From the NCBI GenBank assembly GCA_964016885.1, contig OZ024742.1:319796001-319860000 (forward strand): a DNA stretch of 64,000 nt, written 5' to 3'. Shown here piece after piece: positions 14,513 through 26,936 of the stretch; within the stretch, counting starts at the first letter, position 1; each line of letters begins with the position of its first letter. The translations under genes were made by a program, and so were the position numbers. This DNA comes from Eledone cirrhosa (taxonomy: Eukaryota). Under the pieces are notes generated by a model, which was given only the letters and a program-made list of their open reading frames with translations, was not told the origin of the DNA and ran no database searches.

Positions 14513-17470
14513 TGTTTCTTTTTATTTGCCACCAGGGCATCAAAAAGTGGGACAAGTACAAAGGGGGGAGTTTACAAAACAAGGCGTCCTCAATAAGGAG
14601 GAGGCAATAACAAAATATAAAAATAAAATAAAATATAACAAAATAAAATTTATAACAAAATCCTCAATAGAGAGGAGGCGCCTTGGGGGGTCGCACACAC
14701 CCCCGAAAAAAGTGTGCAACCCTTCTCCTCAGGAGCACAGAGAGGGGGTGCTCCCTCGTTCCTTCTTCTTTTCCACCTACAGGCTTATGTAAAGAGAAGG
14801 CCCATTCACACGGGATATCTCGCCACTTTCACCCACCTTTCATAAAAACGACTGGGGTGGAGCACCTCTCTCTCCATCCTGATCCTTCTTCCGAAATGAT
14901 ATCGGAAGAAACGGACCAGTTGTTGGCCAGAGAGAAAGGTGCCTGACCTCAGTCCTTTCAGACGCGTCCACCATACAACCTCTTTCACCATGGCTATTAC
15001 GCACAGAAACACCGCCTTTCCTTCATTTTTGAAGGGGGAGGCGGCTTGATCATTACAATAGACTCGGTGGTCAACCGGATCGGTCCCACCCTTGACAGTA
15101 GTTGTTCGACATAGCCCCACAGATCGGCTACGCCCGAGTAGTGTACCAATGCGTGTGCAACGGTTTCCTCGTCGCACACGCATCTGGGACAGATCTTTTT
15201 GGCGGGGTCCCTACCCGGGCGCCCGTGTCTGTAGAGCTTTTCTCGAACGGGTAGAGCCCCTCGGTAACACTGCCAGGCCAGGGACTTCTGGAAGTTGTCC
15301 ATAGGTCCCGGGCTGAATGTCCTACCGAACAGGCTGGCCAGTTCGTCTTCCTCCATGTCTAGGGCTTCTCCGAGGGTGTCGTCGCACCTGCTGCGTACCA
15401 GCCCTCTATAGAATGTTGCGGTGGAGTCTCCACTGATAACCGGATCCGCCTGCCAGAGGGCGGTGAGCGCCTGGGCACACTCAGTGTGCCAGGAGCCCAG
15501 TTTTGTCGGTCTTTGCTTGACCCAGGATTGCAGCTCGGTGAGTGAGACGAGTCTGGGAAAGGTTCGTCTCACAAACGAGGCCCACACCGGTTGACCGGTG
15601 AGGAATACGTGGAGGTGCCGTAGCCTTAATGCGTGTTTACGCATCATTAGCCACGGCATCCCCAGCCCTCCTTTCGAAGGGTGTTGACAGCAGATGGATC
15701 TCCTCACCAAAGGAGCCCGCCTCTTCCACAGGAATTGGAAGAGCGCGCGCTCCATCTTGGCGAGGGTTTCCCTTGGGCAAGGCACGACGGTCAGGCGGTA
15801 GTAGATGACGGACGCTATATAGGTGTTCGCCACCTCCGCCCAACCTTTCAGGGATAGTTTGCAACTGGCCCACTTCTGAGTCAGTGCAAACACTCTGTTC
15901 GTAACCTCCGCCCAGTTCTTCTCCACCTGGAGGTCTGGTCCGAACCAGACCCCGAGCAACTTCACCGGGCCCTCCGTCCAGCGTCCGACGACGCCATAGG
16001 AGGGCATCGGTCTGCCCCTCCACGTGCCGAGTTGCAAACCGATCGACTTGTCCCGGTTCAGCTTAGCCCTTGTGAACCTTTCGTACTCCTCCAGTAAGAT
16101 GCCGATCGCCCCGATTTCGGAGGCCGTCGAGACCATTACTGTCACGTCATCGGCGTAGGCCGACACCGCTTTCCGCAATCCCGGTTCCAAAGGGATGCCC
16201 TGCAACAACTCCAACTTCCGCAGTAGTGGCTCGAGAGTCAACACATACAGAAGGGAGTAGAGAGGGCACCCTTGTCGGATGGACCGCGCGATTTTGAACG
16301 GTTCCATGAGGTAGCCGTTCACCTTGACCCTAGAGCAGATGCGGCTGCTGTGCATAGCAGTGATCCAGCCCCTGAAAACGGGCCCGAAGCCTGCCGCCGC
16401 TAGCACCGCATCCAGGTAACCATGGTCGACCCTATCGAACGCCTTAGATTGATCCAAGTTGATCAGAGCCCCACCAAAGCCGGGTTCGTTCCCAACCCTC
16501 TCTATGATGTATCGCATGAGGTGGAGGTTGTCATGGATGGACCTGGACGGGATAGCACATGTCTGCGCATCTCCCACCAGGTTGCCCACGACAAGCGCCA
16601 ACCTCTTTGCTAGCACCTTGGCCAAAATCTGTAACTCTGTATTTAGCAGAGTTATGGGCCTGAAGTTACTTATTTCGTCCCCCTTGTTCTCGTCCTTCCT
16701 CACTAGCGTGACTACGCCCTTGGTCACAGTACAGGGAATTCTCCCGTTCTGTTGCCAGTTGCAGTAGACCGCCTCGAGGAGATCGGGGAACAAGTCCGGC
16801 ATAGCTAGATATAATTCGTATGGAAGACCATCGAGACCCGGGGATTTGCGTTTGCCGCATTGGCTTAGCACGTCCTCTATCTCAGCGGCCGAAATCGGCT
16901 CCTCGCAGGACTTCGCCTCCCTGTCTGAGAGACGCGGCAGGCCGTCGAGGTATGGACCGAAGTCCACATCCCCAACCGGCTCCCCGCCCCTTCCGAACAG
17001 TTGGGCAAAGTGCCTTTGAAAGGCCTCACACATCTGCTTAGGCTCAAGGATCGCCCGTCCATCCTGGTCTCGCAAAGACCGGATGGTGGATTTAGTTCCA
17101 CTCTTGGCCTCTGTCACGCGGGCCCAGCTAACAGCTTTGGTCCCCTCGTTCCCTAGAGCACGTATTTTACTTCGGACAACGCAGCCTTCGTGCTTCGCGT
17201 CGAAAAACTGGCTCAAAGCCGTTCTCGACGCTAGCACTCTAGCCACGTCGCCGCTTCTAATTGCCTCTTCTACTCTATCTATTAGCTCCCTTTCCTTCCT
17301 ATTCCTATCCGCAGCTAGAACCTTACTAAATTCTATCGAGACTACTCTAATCTCTCTCTTTAGAGATACCCACCACCTGCTGTTGACGATCGCTCCAGTC
17401 AACCGTTCCTTAACTAACGTACTAATCCGATCCCCGTAAGCTCTACTTGCCGACAAGGACAAGTTGAGCT
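14513..17470 (-). mobile_element. 5'-truncated copy of the L1/Tx1-clade LINE
   Basis: Near-identical to 17488-20450. Flanked by direct repeat TACAGATAGATAGATA (14497-14512 / 17472-17487). AATAAA at the 3' end. Confidence 0.95.
14997..17462 (-). pseudogene. Truncated ORF2 (RT, lacks endonuclease; frameshift near C-terminus)
   Basis: KSPGLDG, FRPITLLN, LDQSKAFDRV, RQGCPL, YADD. A frameshift at the IKPPPP run shifts the C-terminus into ORF 14806-15183. Confidence 0.9.
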
Positions 17471-17751
17471 CTACAGATAGATAGATAAGTTTCTTTTATT
17501 TGCCACTAGGGCATCAAAAGTGGGACAAGTACAAAGGGGGGAGTTTACACAAAAAGGCGTCCTCAATAAGGAGGAGGCAATAACAAAATATAAAAATAAA
17601 ATGAGATATAACAAAAAATAAAATTTTTAACAAAATCCTCAATAGAGAGGAGGCGCCTTGGGGGGTCGCACACACCCCCGAAAAAAGTGTGCAACCCTTT
17701 TCCTCAGGAGCACAGAGAGGGGGTGCTCCCTCGTTCCTTCCTCTTTTCCAC

Positions 17752-20700
17752 CTACAGGCTTATGTAAAGAGAAGGCCCATTCACACGGGCCATTCTCGCC
17801 ACTTTCACCCACCTTTCATAAAAACGACTGGGGTGCAGCACCTCTCTCTCCATCCTGATCCTTCTTCCGAAATGATATCGGAAGAAACGGACCAGTTGTT
17901 GGCCAGAGAGAAAGGCGCCCGACCTCAGTCCTTTCAGACGCGTCCACCATACAACCTCTTTCGCCATGGCTATTACGCACAGAAACACCGCCTCTGCTTC
18001 ATCTTTGAAGGGGGGAGGCGGCTTGATCATTACAATAGACTCGGTGGTCAACCGGATCGGTCCCACCCTTGACAGCAGTTGTTCGACATAGCCCCACAGA
18101 TCGGCTACGCCCGAGCAGTGTACCAATGCGTGTGCAACGGTTTCCTCGTCGCACACGCATCTGGGACAGATCTTTTTGGCGGGGTCCCTACCCGGGCGCC
18201 CGTGTCTGTAGAGCCTTTCTCGAACGGGTAAAGCCCCTCGGTAGCACTGCCAGGCCAGGGACTTCTGGAAGTTGTCCATAGGTCCCGGGCTGAATGTCCT
18301 ACCGAACAGGCTGACCAGTTCGTCCTCCTCCATGTCTAGGGCTTCTCCGAGGGCGTCGTCGCACCTGCTGCGTACCAGCCCTCTATAGAATGTTGCGGTG
18401 GAGTCTCCACTGATAACCGGATCCGCCTGCCAGAGGGCGGTGAGCGCCTGGGCACACTCAGTGTGCCAGGCGCCCAGTTTTCTCGGTCTCTGCTTGACCC
18501 AGGATTGCAGTTCGGTGAGTGAGACGAGTCTGGGAAAGGTTCGTCTCACAAACGGGGCCCACACCGGTTGTCCGGTGAGGAATACGTAGAGGTGCCGTAG
18601 CCTTAATGCGTGTTTACGCATCATTAGCCACGGCATCCCCAGCCCTCCTTTCGAAGGGTGTTGACAGCAGATGGATCTCCTCACCATAGGAGCCCGCCCC
18701 TTCCAAAGGAATTGGAAGAGCGCGCGCTCCATCTTGGTGAGGGTTTCCCTTGGGCAGGGCACTACGGTCAGGCGGTAGTAGATGACGGACGCTATATAAG
18801 TGTTCGCCACCTCCGCCCGACCTTTCAGGGATAGTTTGCAACTGGCCCACTTCTGGGTCAGTGCAAACACCCTGTTCGTAACCTCCGCCCAGTTTTTCTC
18901 CACCTGGAGGTCCGGTCCGAACCAGACCCCGAGCAACTTCACCGGGCCCTCCGTCCAGCGTCCGACGACGCCATCAGAGGGCATCGGTCTGCCCCTCCAC
19001 GTGCCGAGTTGCAAACCGATCGACTTGTCCCGGTTCAGCTTAGCCCCTGTGAACTTTTCGTACTCCTCCAGTAAGGTGCCGACCGCCTCGATTTCGGAGG
19101 CCGTCGACACCATTACTGTCACATCATCGGCGTAGGCTGACACCGCTTTCCGCAATCCCGGTTCCAAAGGGATGCCCTGCAACAACTCCAACTTCCGCAG
19201 TAGTGGCTCGAGAGTCAACACATACAGAAGGGAGGAGAGAGGGCACCCTTGTCGGATGGACCGCGCGATTTTGAACGGCTCCGAGAGGTAGCCGTTCACC
19301 TTGACCCTAGAGCAGATGCGGCTGCTGTGCATAGCAGTGATCCAGCCCCTGAAAACGGGTCCGAAGCCTGCCGCCGCTAGCACCGCATCCAGGTAACCAT
19401 GGTCGACCCTATCGAACGCCTTAGATTGATCCAAGTTGATCAGAGCCCCACCAAAGCCGGGTTCGTTCCCAACCCTCTCTATGATGTATCGCATGAGGTG
19501 GAGGTTGTCATGGATGGACCTGGACGGGATAGCGCATGTCTGCGCATCTCCCACCAGGTTGCCCACGACAAGCGCCAACCTCTTTGCTAGCACCTTGGCC
19601 AAAATCTGTAACTCTGTATTTAGCAGAGTTATGGGCCTGAAGTTACTTATTTCGTCCCCCTTGTTCTCGTCCTTCCTCACTAGCGTGACTACGCCCTTGG
19701 TCACAGTACAGGGAATTCTCCCGTTCTGTTGCCAGTTGCAGTAGACCGCCTCGAGGAGATCGGGGAACAAGTCCGGCATAGCTAGATATAATTCGTAAGG
19801 AAGACCATCGAGACCCGGGGATTTGCGTTTGCCGCATTGGCCCAGCACGTCCTCTATCTCAGCGGCCGAAATCGGCTCCTCGCAAGACTTCGCCTCCCTG
19901 TCCGAGAGGCGCGGCAGGCCGTCGAGGTATGGACCGAAGTCCACGTTTCCAACCGGCTCCCCGCCCCTCCCGAACAGTCGGGCAAAGTGCCTTTGAAAGG
20001 CCTCACACATCTGCTTAGGCTCAAGAATCGCCCGTCCATCCAGGTCTCGCAAAGACCGGATGGTGGATTTAGTTCCACTGTTGGCCTCTGTCACGCGGGC
20101 CCAGCTAACAGCTTTGGCCCCCTCGTTCCCTAGAGCACGTATTTTACTTCGGACAACGCAGCCTTCGTGCTTCGCGTCGAAAAACTGGCTCAAAGCCGTT
20201 CTCGACGCTAGCACTCTGGCCACGTCGCCGCTTCTAATTGCCTCTTCTACTCTATCTATTAGCTCCCTTTCCTTCCTATTCCTATCCGCAGCTAGAACCT
20301 TACTAAATTCAATCGAGACTACTCTAATCTCTCTCTTTAGAGATACCCACCACCTGCTGTTGACGATCGCTCCAGTCAACCGTTCCTTAACTAACGTACT
20401 AATCCGATTCCTGTAGGCTCTACTTGCCGGCAAGGACAAGTTGAGCTTCCAGTAACCGGGGCCCTGTCTATGCGTTCTATCAAGGTTGACCATGCAGGTC
20501 ACCAACTTGTGGTCTGAATAGCCAACCATGAGCATTTCTGGACAACTTAAAAAGTCCCTGTCCTTATTTCTAACTAAAAATCTATCTAGGTACGATCTAG
20601 ATGATCCGCTGCGATTTGACCAAGACCAGGTTGGCACCGTCGGAAAATCTAGTCGAAATCTATCGGCCAGGTCAAATCGGCCGAGTAACCCCTTGAGGCT

Positions 20701-21213
20701 GTTGCACCCCTCTCTATCGGGACATGCCCCTGCATAGTCCCAACGTGCATCCAGGATACCATTCCAATCCCCCACTAAAAGCAGGGAACGGGACGTCCCT
20801 AGAAAAGACTCCAGACGCTGGAAAAAGTCGGGCCGCTCTGTCCCAAAAGGGGCATATGCGGCTATCAGCCTAAAGGCTCTACCTTCACCACTGCCAAGGT
20901 CCAGCACCACCAGTCGACCCCCTGGGTCCAAGTGAACTATCTGTGTTGCAAGGCCCATATGTTTTTGCAGCAGAACGACAACCCCACCCCCACCTCCGGG
21001 CTGACAGAGAGATGCGTGCATCTCAAAGTCGTCAAAGGTGGAGGCTAGCTGTCGCATGCTGCTGATCCGGGCCTCGCAGATAACCATCACATTTATAGAT
21101 TGTGACCTGAGGTCATTTAGAAGCATTGCTTGCTTCCAAGACGAGCCCAGGCCACGCGCATTTAGACACCCTACTCTTAGCACAGCCATGTTGGTGGTAA
21201 AGAGAAAAGGCAC
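17752..21213 (-). CDS. ORF2: APE endonuclease + reverse transcriptase + C-terminal Cys/His motif (first ATG at 21189)
   Basis: CLNARG, ICE, YAP, VGDWN, YLDRF, SDH (APE); GPGYWKLN (L1/Tx1); RT motifs incl. YADD; CPRC..ET..HAL..C. Uninterrupted 1153 aa. Confidence 0.96.
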   Translation of the reverse strand: MPFLFTTNMAVLRVGCLNARGLGSSWKQAMLLNDLRSQSINVMVICEARISSMRQLASTFDDFEMHASLCQPGGGGGVVVLLQKHMGLATQIVHLDPGGRLVVLDLGSGEGRAFRLIAAYAPFGTERPDFFQRLESFLGTSRSLLLVGDWNGILDARWDYAGACPDREGCNSLKGLLGRFDLADRFRLDFPTVPTWSWSNRSGSSRSYLDRFLVRNKDRDFLSCPEMLMVGYSDHKLVTCMVNLDRTHRQGPGYWKLNLSLPASRAYRNRISTLVKERLTGAIVNSRWWVSLKREIRVVSIEFSKVLAADRNRKERELIDRVEEAIRSGDVARVLASRTALSQFFDAKHEGCVVRSKIRALGNEGAKAVSWARVTEANSGTKSTIRSLRDLDGRAILEPKQMCEAFQRHFARLFGRGGEPVGNVDFGPYLDGLPRLSDREAKSCEEPISAAEIEDVLGQCGKRKSPGLDGLPYELYLAMPDLFPDLLEAVYCNWQQNGRIPCTVTKGVVTLVRKDENKGDEISNFRPITLLNTELQILAKVLAKRLALVVGNLVGDAQTCAIPSRSIHDNLHLMRYIIERVGNEPGFGGALINLDQSKAFDRVDHGYLDAVLAAAGFGPVFRGWITAMHSSRICSRVKVNGYLSEPFKIARSIRQGCPLSSLLYVLTLEPLLRKLELLQGIPLEPGLRKAVSAYADDVTVMVSTASEIEAVGTLLEEYEKFTGAKLNRDKSIGLQLGTWRGRPMPSDGVVGRWTEGPVKLLGVWFGPDLQVEKNWAEVTNRVFALTQKWASCKLSLKGRAEVANTYIASVIYYRLTVVPCPRETLTKMERALFQFLWKGRAPMVRRSICCQHPSKGGLGMPWLMMRKHALRLRHLYVFLTGQPVWAPFVRRTFPRLVSLTELQSWVKQRPRKLGAWHTECAQALTALWQADPVISGDSTATFYRGLVRSRCDDALGEALDMEEDELVSLFGRTFSPGPMDNFQKSLAWQCYRGALPVRERLYRHGRPGRDPAKKICPRCVCDEETVAHALVHCSGVADLWGYVEQLLSRVGPIRLTTESIVMIKPPPPFKDEAEAVFLCVIAMAKEVVWWTRLKGLRSGAFLSGQQLVRFFRYHFGRRIRMEREVLHPSRFYERWVKVARMARVNGPSLYISL

Positions 21214-22841
21214 TTACCTCTCTGCGTCCCGGGAAACGGGCCGCTCAATTTCCATGCTGGTTGGGGATGGGTTGTTGGGTGGGGTTGTGGTTTGTGGAAG
21301 TGAAGGGGCATCGGTGTGTTGTGGGGTTGGGGTGTTTGTCGTTGAGTGGGTGTCTGGGTGAGGTGGGGGGGTGAAATTTTTTAGGAGGACGCGGTTGATT
21401 GGTTTGGCGCAGGGGGGGCCCACGTCCTCCGTGAAATTTATTTTCAGTGTTTTGTACAAGTGCATTGGGACTTTTATCATTTTCAAATGAGGTAGTCCCA
21501 CAGCAGTTATAAAGTTTGGCCCTTCGGTTTGGACCGAAGGGTTTGCTGAAATTGTTTTCCGTAATTCTTTGTTGTCTGTGTTCATGTATGTGTATTGTAA
21601 TGTCTTTTTTTGTGTAGCAGTTAGTGTTGTGTGACAGGGAGGGGTGGTTTGTGTGTAGTTTGTGTTCTCTTGGGGGGGATTAAAGTTAACATGTGTGTCT
21701 GTGGTGCGTCTCCTCTTCTTTCTTTTTACTTGTTGGAAGGGATCTTTTTCGTCTTGCGACGAAAGAGGTTCGTCTTCCTTGTTGGGTGGGAGGGGTATGT
21801 TTTCTGGTAGTGTTTGCGGTGTGCGTGTTTTTGTATTTGTTTTGGGTGGGGAGGGATTGGGTGGGACAGTATTTTGTGTTATTTTTTCACGTGTTTGTTG
21901 TTGTTGTTGTTGTGGTGGTGGTGGTGGGGTTGTTGGTTTTTGTTGTTGTTGCGGTTGTTTTTGTTGTTGTAGTTGGGGTGGTGTTGGTGTTGGTAGCAGT
22001 GTTTTTTTCTGTGTGAGCTGGGGACAGGCAGCCCTCAGGTGACCTCTATTGCCACAGAGGTAACAGGAGGGACGCCTACCCTCCACAATAATGTTGAGGT
22101 GGGTACGGTTATCCAGCATGACGCGCTCAGGGATTTGGGCGATGCGTTCTGGCCTTATTTGGGTCAGAACTTCGAGGCTCGTTCCACTGAACGCGTCGCC
22201 GGATGCCTTCCCTATTGAGATGAGGTTGTCCTCGTCTAAATTGAGGAAACCGGTTAGTAACCACCAGTAGTTTATGTTTGGGGTGATGGTGGTTATCCAT
22301 ATCCTCTGGGTTTTTTTACCCATGTAGGTGGGGAAGAAGGTGTAGTGTGTGGACCGAATTGGCGACACAGAGTATTTTTTTGCCGCCAATTCGTCTTTCA
22401 TCAATATGGATAAACTCCCATAGAGTTTATCCTTTTGTATGAAAGTGATGTCTCTCATCGCGTCTTTCAAGACTAACTGGATTTCCGCTTGAGATGGTTG
22501 CGCTGGTTTCTTTGTTTTATTTAAAATTGTTCGGAATACGACAGTTCGTAATTCCGTCTGTCTTTTTAGCTCCGGAGGTGAATGTATAGAAAACGAACCG
22601 TTTTCGCCAAAAGACACATATTTCTTGGCTTTTTCCAGCATTTCTTTTGCTTTTGAAATATCTTCCAGCACATAAGCGACTGATAATTTAGCCGTTTGTG
22701 CAAAAGATATTTTGTTTTCGTTTTGGATATTAGTATTGTTTTGTTTCTCGTCGTTTGAGTTGTTTTCATCTTTGTTGTTGTTGTTGTCTTTCTCGTTTCG
22801 TGTGTGGATACTTGTGACGTTTGTGTTGTCTTTATTGTTGC

Positions 22842-22872
<31 letters not shown>

Positions 22873-23058
22873 GCTTTCAAATTCTTGTGTAGTTGTGGCT
22901 ACATCTAGTGGTCGGTCAACAGGTGAAGACAATTCTTCCTCTCTCTGACCTCTGTCTTTGGCATCTGCTGCTGTGACAGTGGCAGGGGGAAGCTGTGAGT
23001 ATGACTTCCCCTTTCCTTCTTTGATTGATGGTGAGGATGCTTCAGCCATTTTTCTCAA
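21214..23058 (-). CDS. ORF1: gag-like nucleic-acid-binding protein (first ATG at 23049)
   Basis: CCHC zinc knuckle CYLCGNRGHLRAAC, N/Q/P/T low-complexity flanks, basic KRKKRRR; directly upstream of ORF2. Confidence 0.9.
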
Positions 23059-23359
23059 AATAGGGTTTTTCGAAGTTTTTCGAAAGATAAAATGTTCACA
23101 ATACTATTTCGCCCAAAGGCGCAGAATATTTTGAGAGACCGACCAGATCAAAATTTGACCTGGCAGTCCCTCTACAAAATGGTACAAAAATGAAAGTTTA
23201 CAGTTTACAATTTCCGTATGAATTTAAACAAAAACTTACCGAGCGAGCTCAGCACATGTGTCCATCGTGAGATAGATAGATAGATAGATAGATAGGCTGT
23301 TAGGCAGGTACACAGATATATTGGTAGGCAAGTAGACAGATACATAGACAACTATACAT

Positions 23360-23497
<138 letters not shown>

Positions 23498-23529
23498 GTA
23501 TATATATATGTATATATATATATATATAT

Positions 23530-23692
23530 AAAGAGGGTGTGGTAAGATACCAAGTGGACCATAACGCACTAGAGTACTCAATACTTAAGGTAGTAGAGTG
23601 TATAATAGGAAAAGAGCCAGGACCCCGACGGCTGAGCTCCGGCCGTTTCGAGAGCTAGATCCGGATCTAGCCGTCGGGGTCCTGACTCTTTT

Positions 23693-23697
<5 letters not shown>
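23530..23697. mobile_element. Family D fold-back unit (3' half of an HHR)
   Basis: GACCCCGACGGCT...AGCCGTCGGGGTC hairpin. Homologues at 26060-26218, 51583-51785, 57230-57402 and 61568-61697, mostly abutting (TA)n. Confidence 0.7.
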
Positions 23698-23740
<43 letters not shown>

Positions 23741-23764
23741 TATATATATGTGTGTGTGTGTGTG

Positions 23765-24000
23765 TCGGTGAGCATGTCCAGTATCCTCACCGATACACAG
23801 AGTTGACACTGCACTCAGTGCTCCTGTGGGAAACCCTGCATGGACACGCTGGAAGAGGAAGACCGAGGTTGACATATGTTGATGCCCTAAGGACAGACAC
23901 TGGTCTCTTGGAGACGCAGGACATGGCAGCGATAATGAGGGACAGAGACCGCTGGAGTGAACTCGTCCATGGATCTCGGGAATTTTACCCGCTCTAGATA
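23765..24000 (+). mobile_element. RTE-like LINE 3' end
   Basis: [36 protein letters not shown]; same family as 6165-6658. Confidence 0.8.
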
Positions 24001-24011
24001 TAGAGAGTTGT

Positions 24012-24144
<133 letters not shown>

Positions 24145-24227
24145 GATAGAGAGAGAGAGAGACACGCACACATATTTGTGTAAATAGGGAACAACTTTTC
24201 TTTGAAACATCTTATATTAAAAACACA

Positions 24228-24642
24228 ACTGTTTTCCATTTTGATCATTTTTGTTAAGCATTTGCCGTAATTCCTTAGTTATTTCTGTATAGTTTGGAAC
24301 AATGGCGTTTCCAATTCATGCGTGTATTACTGTTTCGAAGCCTTCACGACTCTATCTTCCAGATTGGTCAATAAACTGTCACGCTTTAACCGTTGTGAAA
24401 TGTTAAACTCAGCGTCCTCGATCTCCTAACATTCCCATGATACGTTACTGTCACTGCTAAACACGTGACAAATATACTTTTAGTATGACCATTCCGATTT
24501 TGAATGTGGACCCTTGGAAACTTCAAAACGTTAATATACACACGCATTTAGGAAGACCTACTGTTCCAAACTAAGCACAAAGAACTAATAAAAAAAACAT
24601 ACGAAAAATTCTTAACAAAAATGATCAAACTGGAGCACAGCC
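24228..24642. mobile_element. Degenerate MITE-like inverted repeat
   Basis: TTTGATCATTTTTGTTAAG (24240) is inverted at 24611-24630; further degenerate symmetry inward. Confidence 0.5.
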
Positions 24643-24644
24643 AT

Positions 24645-25380
24645 CTCTTCTTCTTCTTCTTCTTCTTCTTCTTCTTCTTCTTCTTCTTCTTCTTCTTCTT
24701 CTTCTTCTTCTTCTTCTTCTTCTTCTTCTTCTTCTTCTTCTTCTTCTTCTTCTTCTTCTTCTTCTTCGCCCACATATTTCAAACACTCCTTCCAGTGGGT
24801 CCTGTTAGAAGCAACCGTCTCCAACTGTTCCGGTTGGATCACCAAGTGAGACCAGCCAAGCTCATGGATGTTATCCAATCATCTGGCTCGGATTCTACCC
24901 CTGGGTCTCCTGTCGGTTGATTTTGCCTGTAAAATCTGACCAGCGATTCTTTCCTGATACATTCTAACCACATGTCCATAATATCGGAGCTGTGATCCCT
25001 TAATTTGGAGAAGTAACTGCTCTACCTGGAGTGACTTTCTGATCTCCCAGCTACGCATTCTATCTAGTAACGTTACTCTACTGACCCTTCGGAGGAATCC
25101 CATTTTGTCTGCTAGTATTTGCGATCGTATTCTTTCGGCCATTACCCAAGATTCATGACCTAGGTAAGGGTTGGCACGAATACCGAATTGAAGATAGCGA
25201 GTTTGGTTTTTATACCTACCTCCCTTCTGATTACTGAATGCTGAAGCTGTTGCATGATTTCACCGGTTTCTGTAATTCTTACAGTTAATTTAGCCTTCTC
25301 CAATACAGCACTCTGGAACATGGCCCCGGGATACTTGGAATTATATACCTGTTTTAGCGGAGCTCCATTCACATATAGAA
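24645..25380 (-). mobile_element. RTE/Expander-like LINE 3' fragment followed by (GAA)n
   Basis: FVPTLT.GHESWVM..MGFLRRV..SQLRYYGHVVRM..RRPRGR; (TTC)n at 24645-24767. Confidence 0.8.
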
Positions 25381-26214
25381 TCTTCTTTTTTTAAGACGAA
25401 CTTGTAACCGCATGTAAATACCGATTGCGTAAGACTTACCTTGCCTTCAAACCCCCTCATGACCTGGGAGGGTACACAGTGGCTGTAAAATCCTTCTTTT
25501 CCCACTTGCCGAACAAGATAGGGGAAACCCCAGCATACATAGGTATATGTAATTATTTTCTTTTTTCCCTTTATCCCTTCCTCTCACTTCCTTTCACTCC
25601 CTCTCCTCTTCCTTTTCCTTTCTCCTCTTTCGCTTACCCTGAGGCAGCCCATCAGGCTTTTGTAGCCTCAGTACCCCCGCCCACCCCGTGAATTCTATAT
25701 AACATTGGCTGAAAACGCAACATCAGCTAAAAATATAGCAGCTGTTTTAGACACTAGGTTTTTTTTTTTTTATAATTCTCAGATTCCTGTATTATTCTTT
25801 TTTCACTTGCTTTCTGGCTAGCCTGCGTCACCCACACTCCTTAGAATTTGCTGTATAGAATTTACTTTTAACGCTTGACCGGCTTCACCTACTCCCTCAT
25901 TATTCTACGGGCAAGTTCAGCCACCCCCACCCCTACCCACCGCCATGAAAGACTTAACTGTGTTTACAAGGAAACTCGACCAATCCTTTCGTAATACCTG
26001 ATTATCGCATGCCCATATATGGAATTACCCATTGAAAAGCTCGGCTATTTCATTACCACGCTAAAAATTTAATTTAGTCCAGAAATAGCCGTCGAAACGG
26101 CTTGAGCTCTGCCGTCGGGGTCCTGAACCTTTTCCTATTACCCACTCTACTACCCAAAGTATCGAGTACTCTGGTGCGTTATGGTTCACCTGGTTCCTTA
26201 CCACACTTCCTTCG

Positions 26215-26249
<35 letters not shown>

Positions 26250-26299
26250 AGTATGTATGTATACGTACATACATATATGTATACAGACGTACAGTAGCA

Positions 26300-26351
<52 letters not shown>

Positions 26352-26856
26352 GAGGTACACATATATATATGTACGTATCAGTTTAGCGGACGTTTATTAT
26401 AACGCCCGCTTTGTCCGTTTGTAAACAAGCGGACAGCCTGAATTTATGCCGTACGGTGTTAAGGCAACCACATCACCATTTTGTTCAACACTGACACAGG
26501 AACGGTGAGAAAGGAAATGTCGTTTTCATTCTATTACAACTTATCGTTTTCGGTGCGCCTGGCCGACTGAACTCACTCGATATGCAAATTAGGCTGCTCA
26601 GCCGTTAATTTTCATAAGGAAAGTATATACTTTCGAACGTTCAACCATCTGGCAGAAGGGTATACGGTGCTGATGATAGCTAAGAAGCTTGAACCTAGTA
26701 CATCGTTCCTGTGTCAGTGTTGAACAAAAAGGTGACGTGGTTGCCTTAACACCGTACGGCATAAATTCAGGCTGTCCGCTTGTTTACAAACGGACAAAGC
26801 GGGCGTTATAATAAACGTCCGCTAAACTGATACGTACATATATGTATGTGTACCTG

Positions 26857-26936
<80 letters not shown>

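Larger units (their letters stand above)
17488..23269 (-). mobile_element. Full-length L1/Tx1-clade non-LTR retrotransposon (~5.8 kb)
   Basis: 5'UTR, ORF1, ORF2 and structured 3'UTR with AATAAA; (GATA)n on both flanks. Confidence 0.95.

Noticed and set aside
15092-22948. Antisense and overlapping ORFs within the Tx1 LINE
   Set aside because: These are shadow ORFs of the GC-rich coding sequence with no recognisable motifs.
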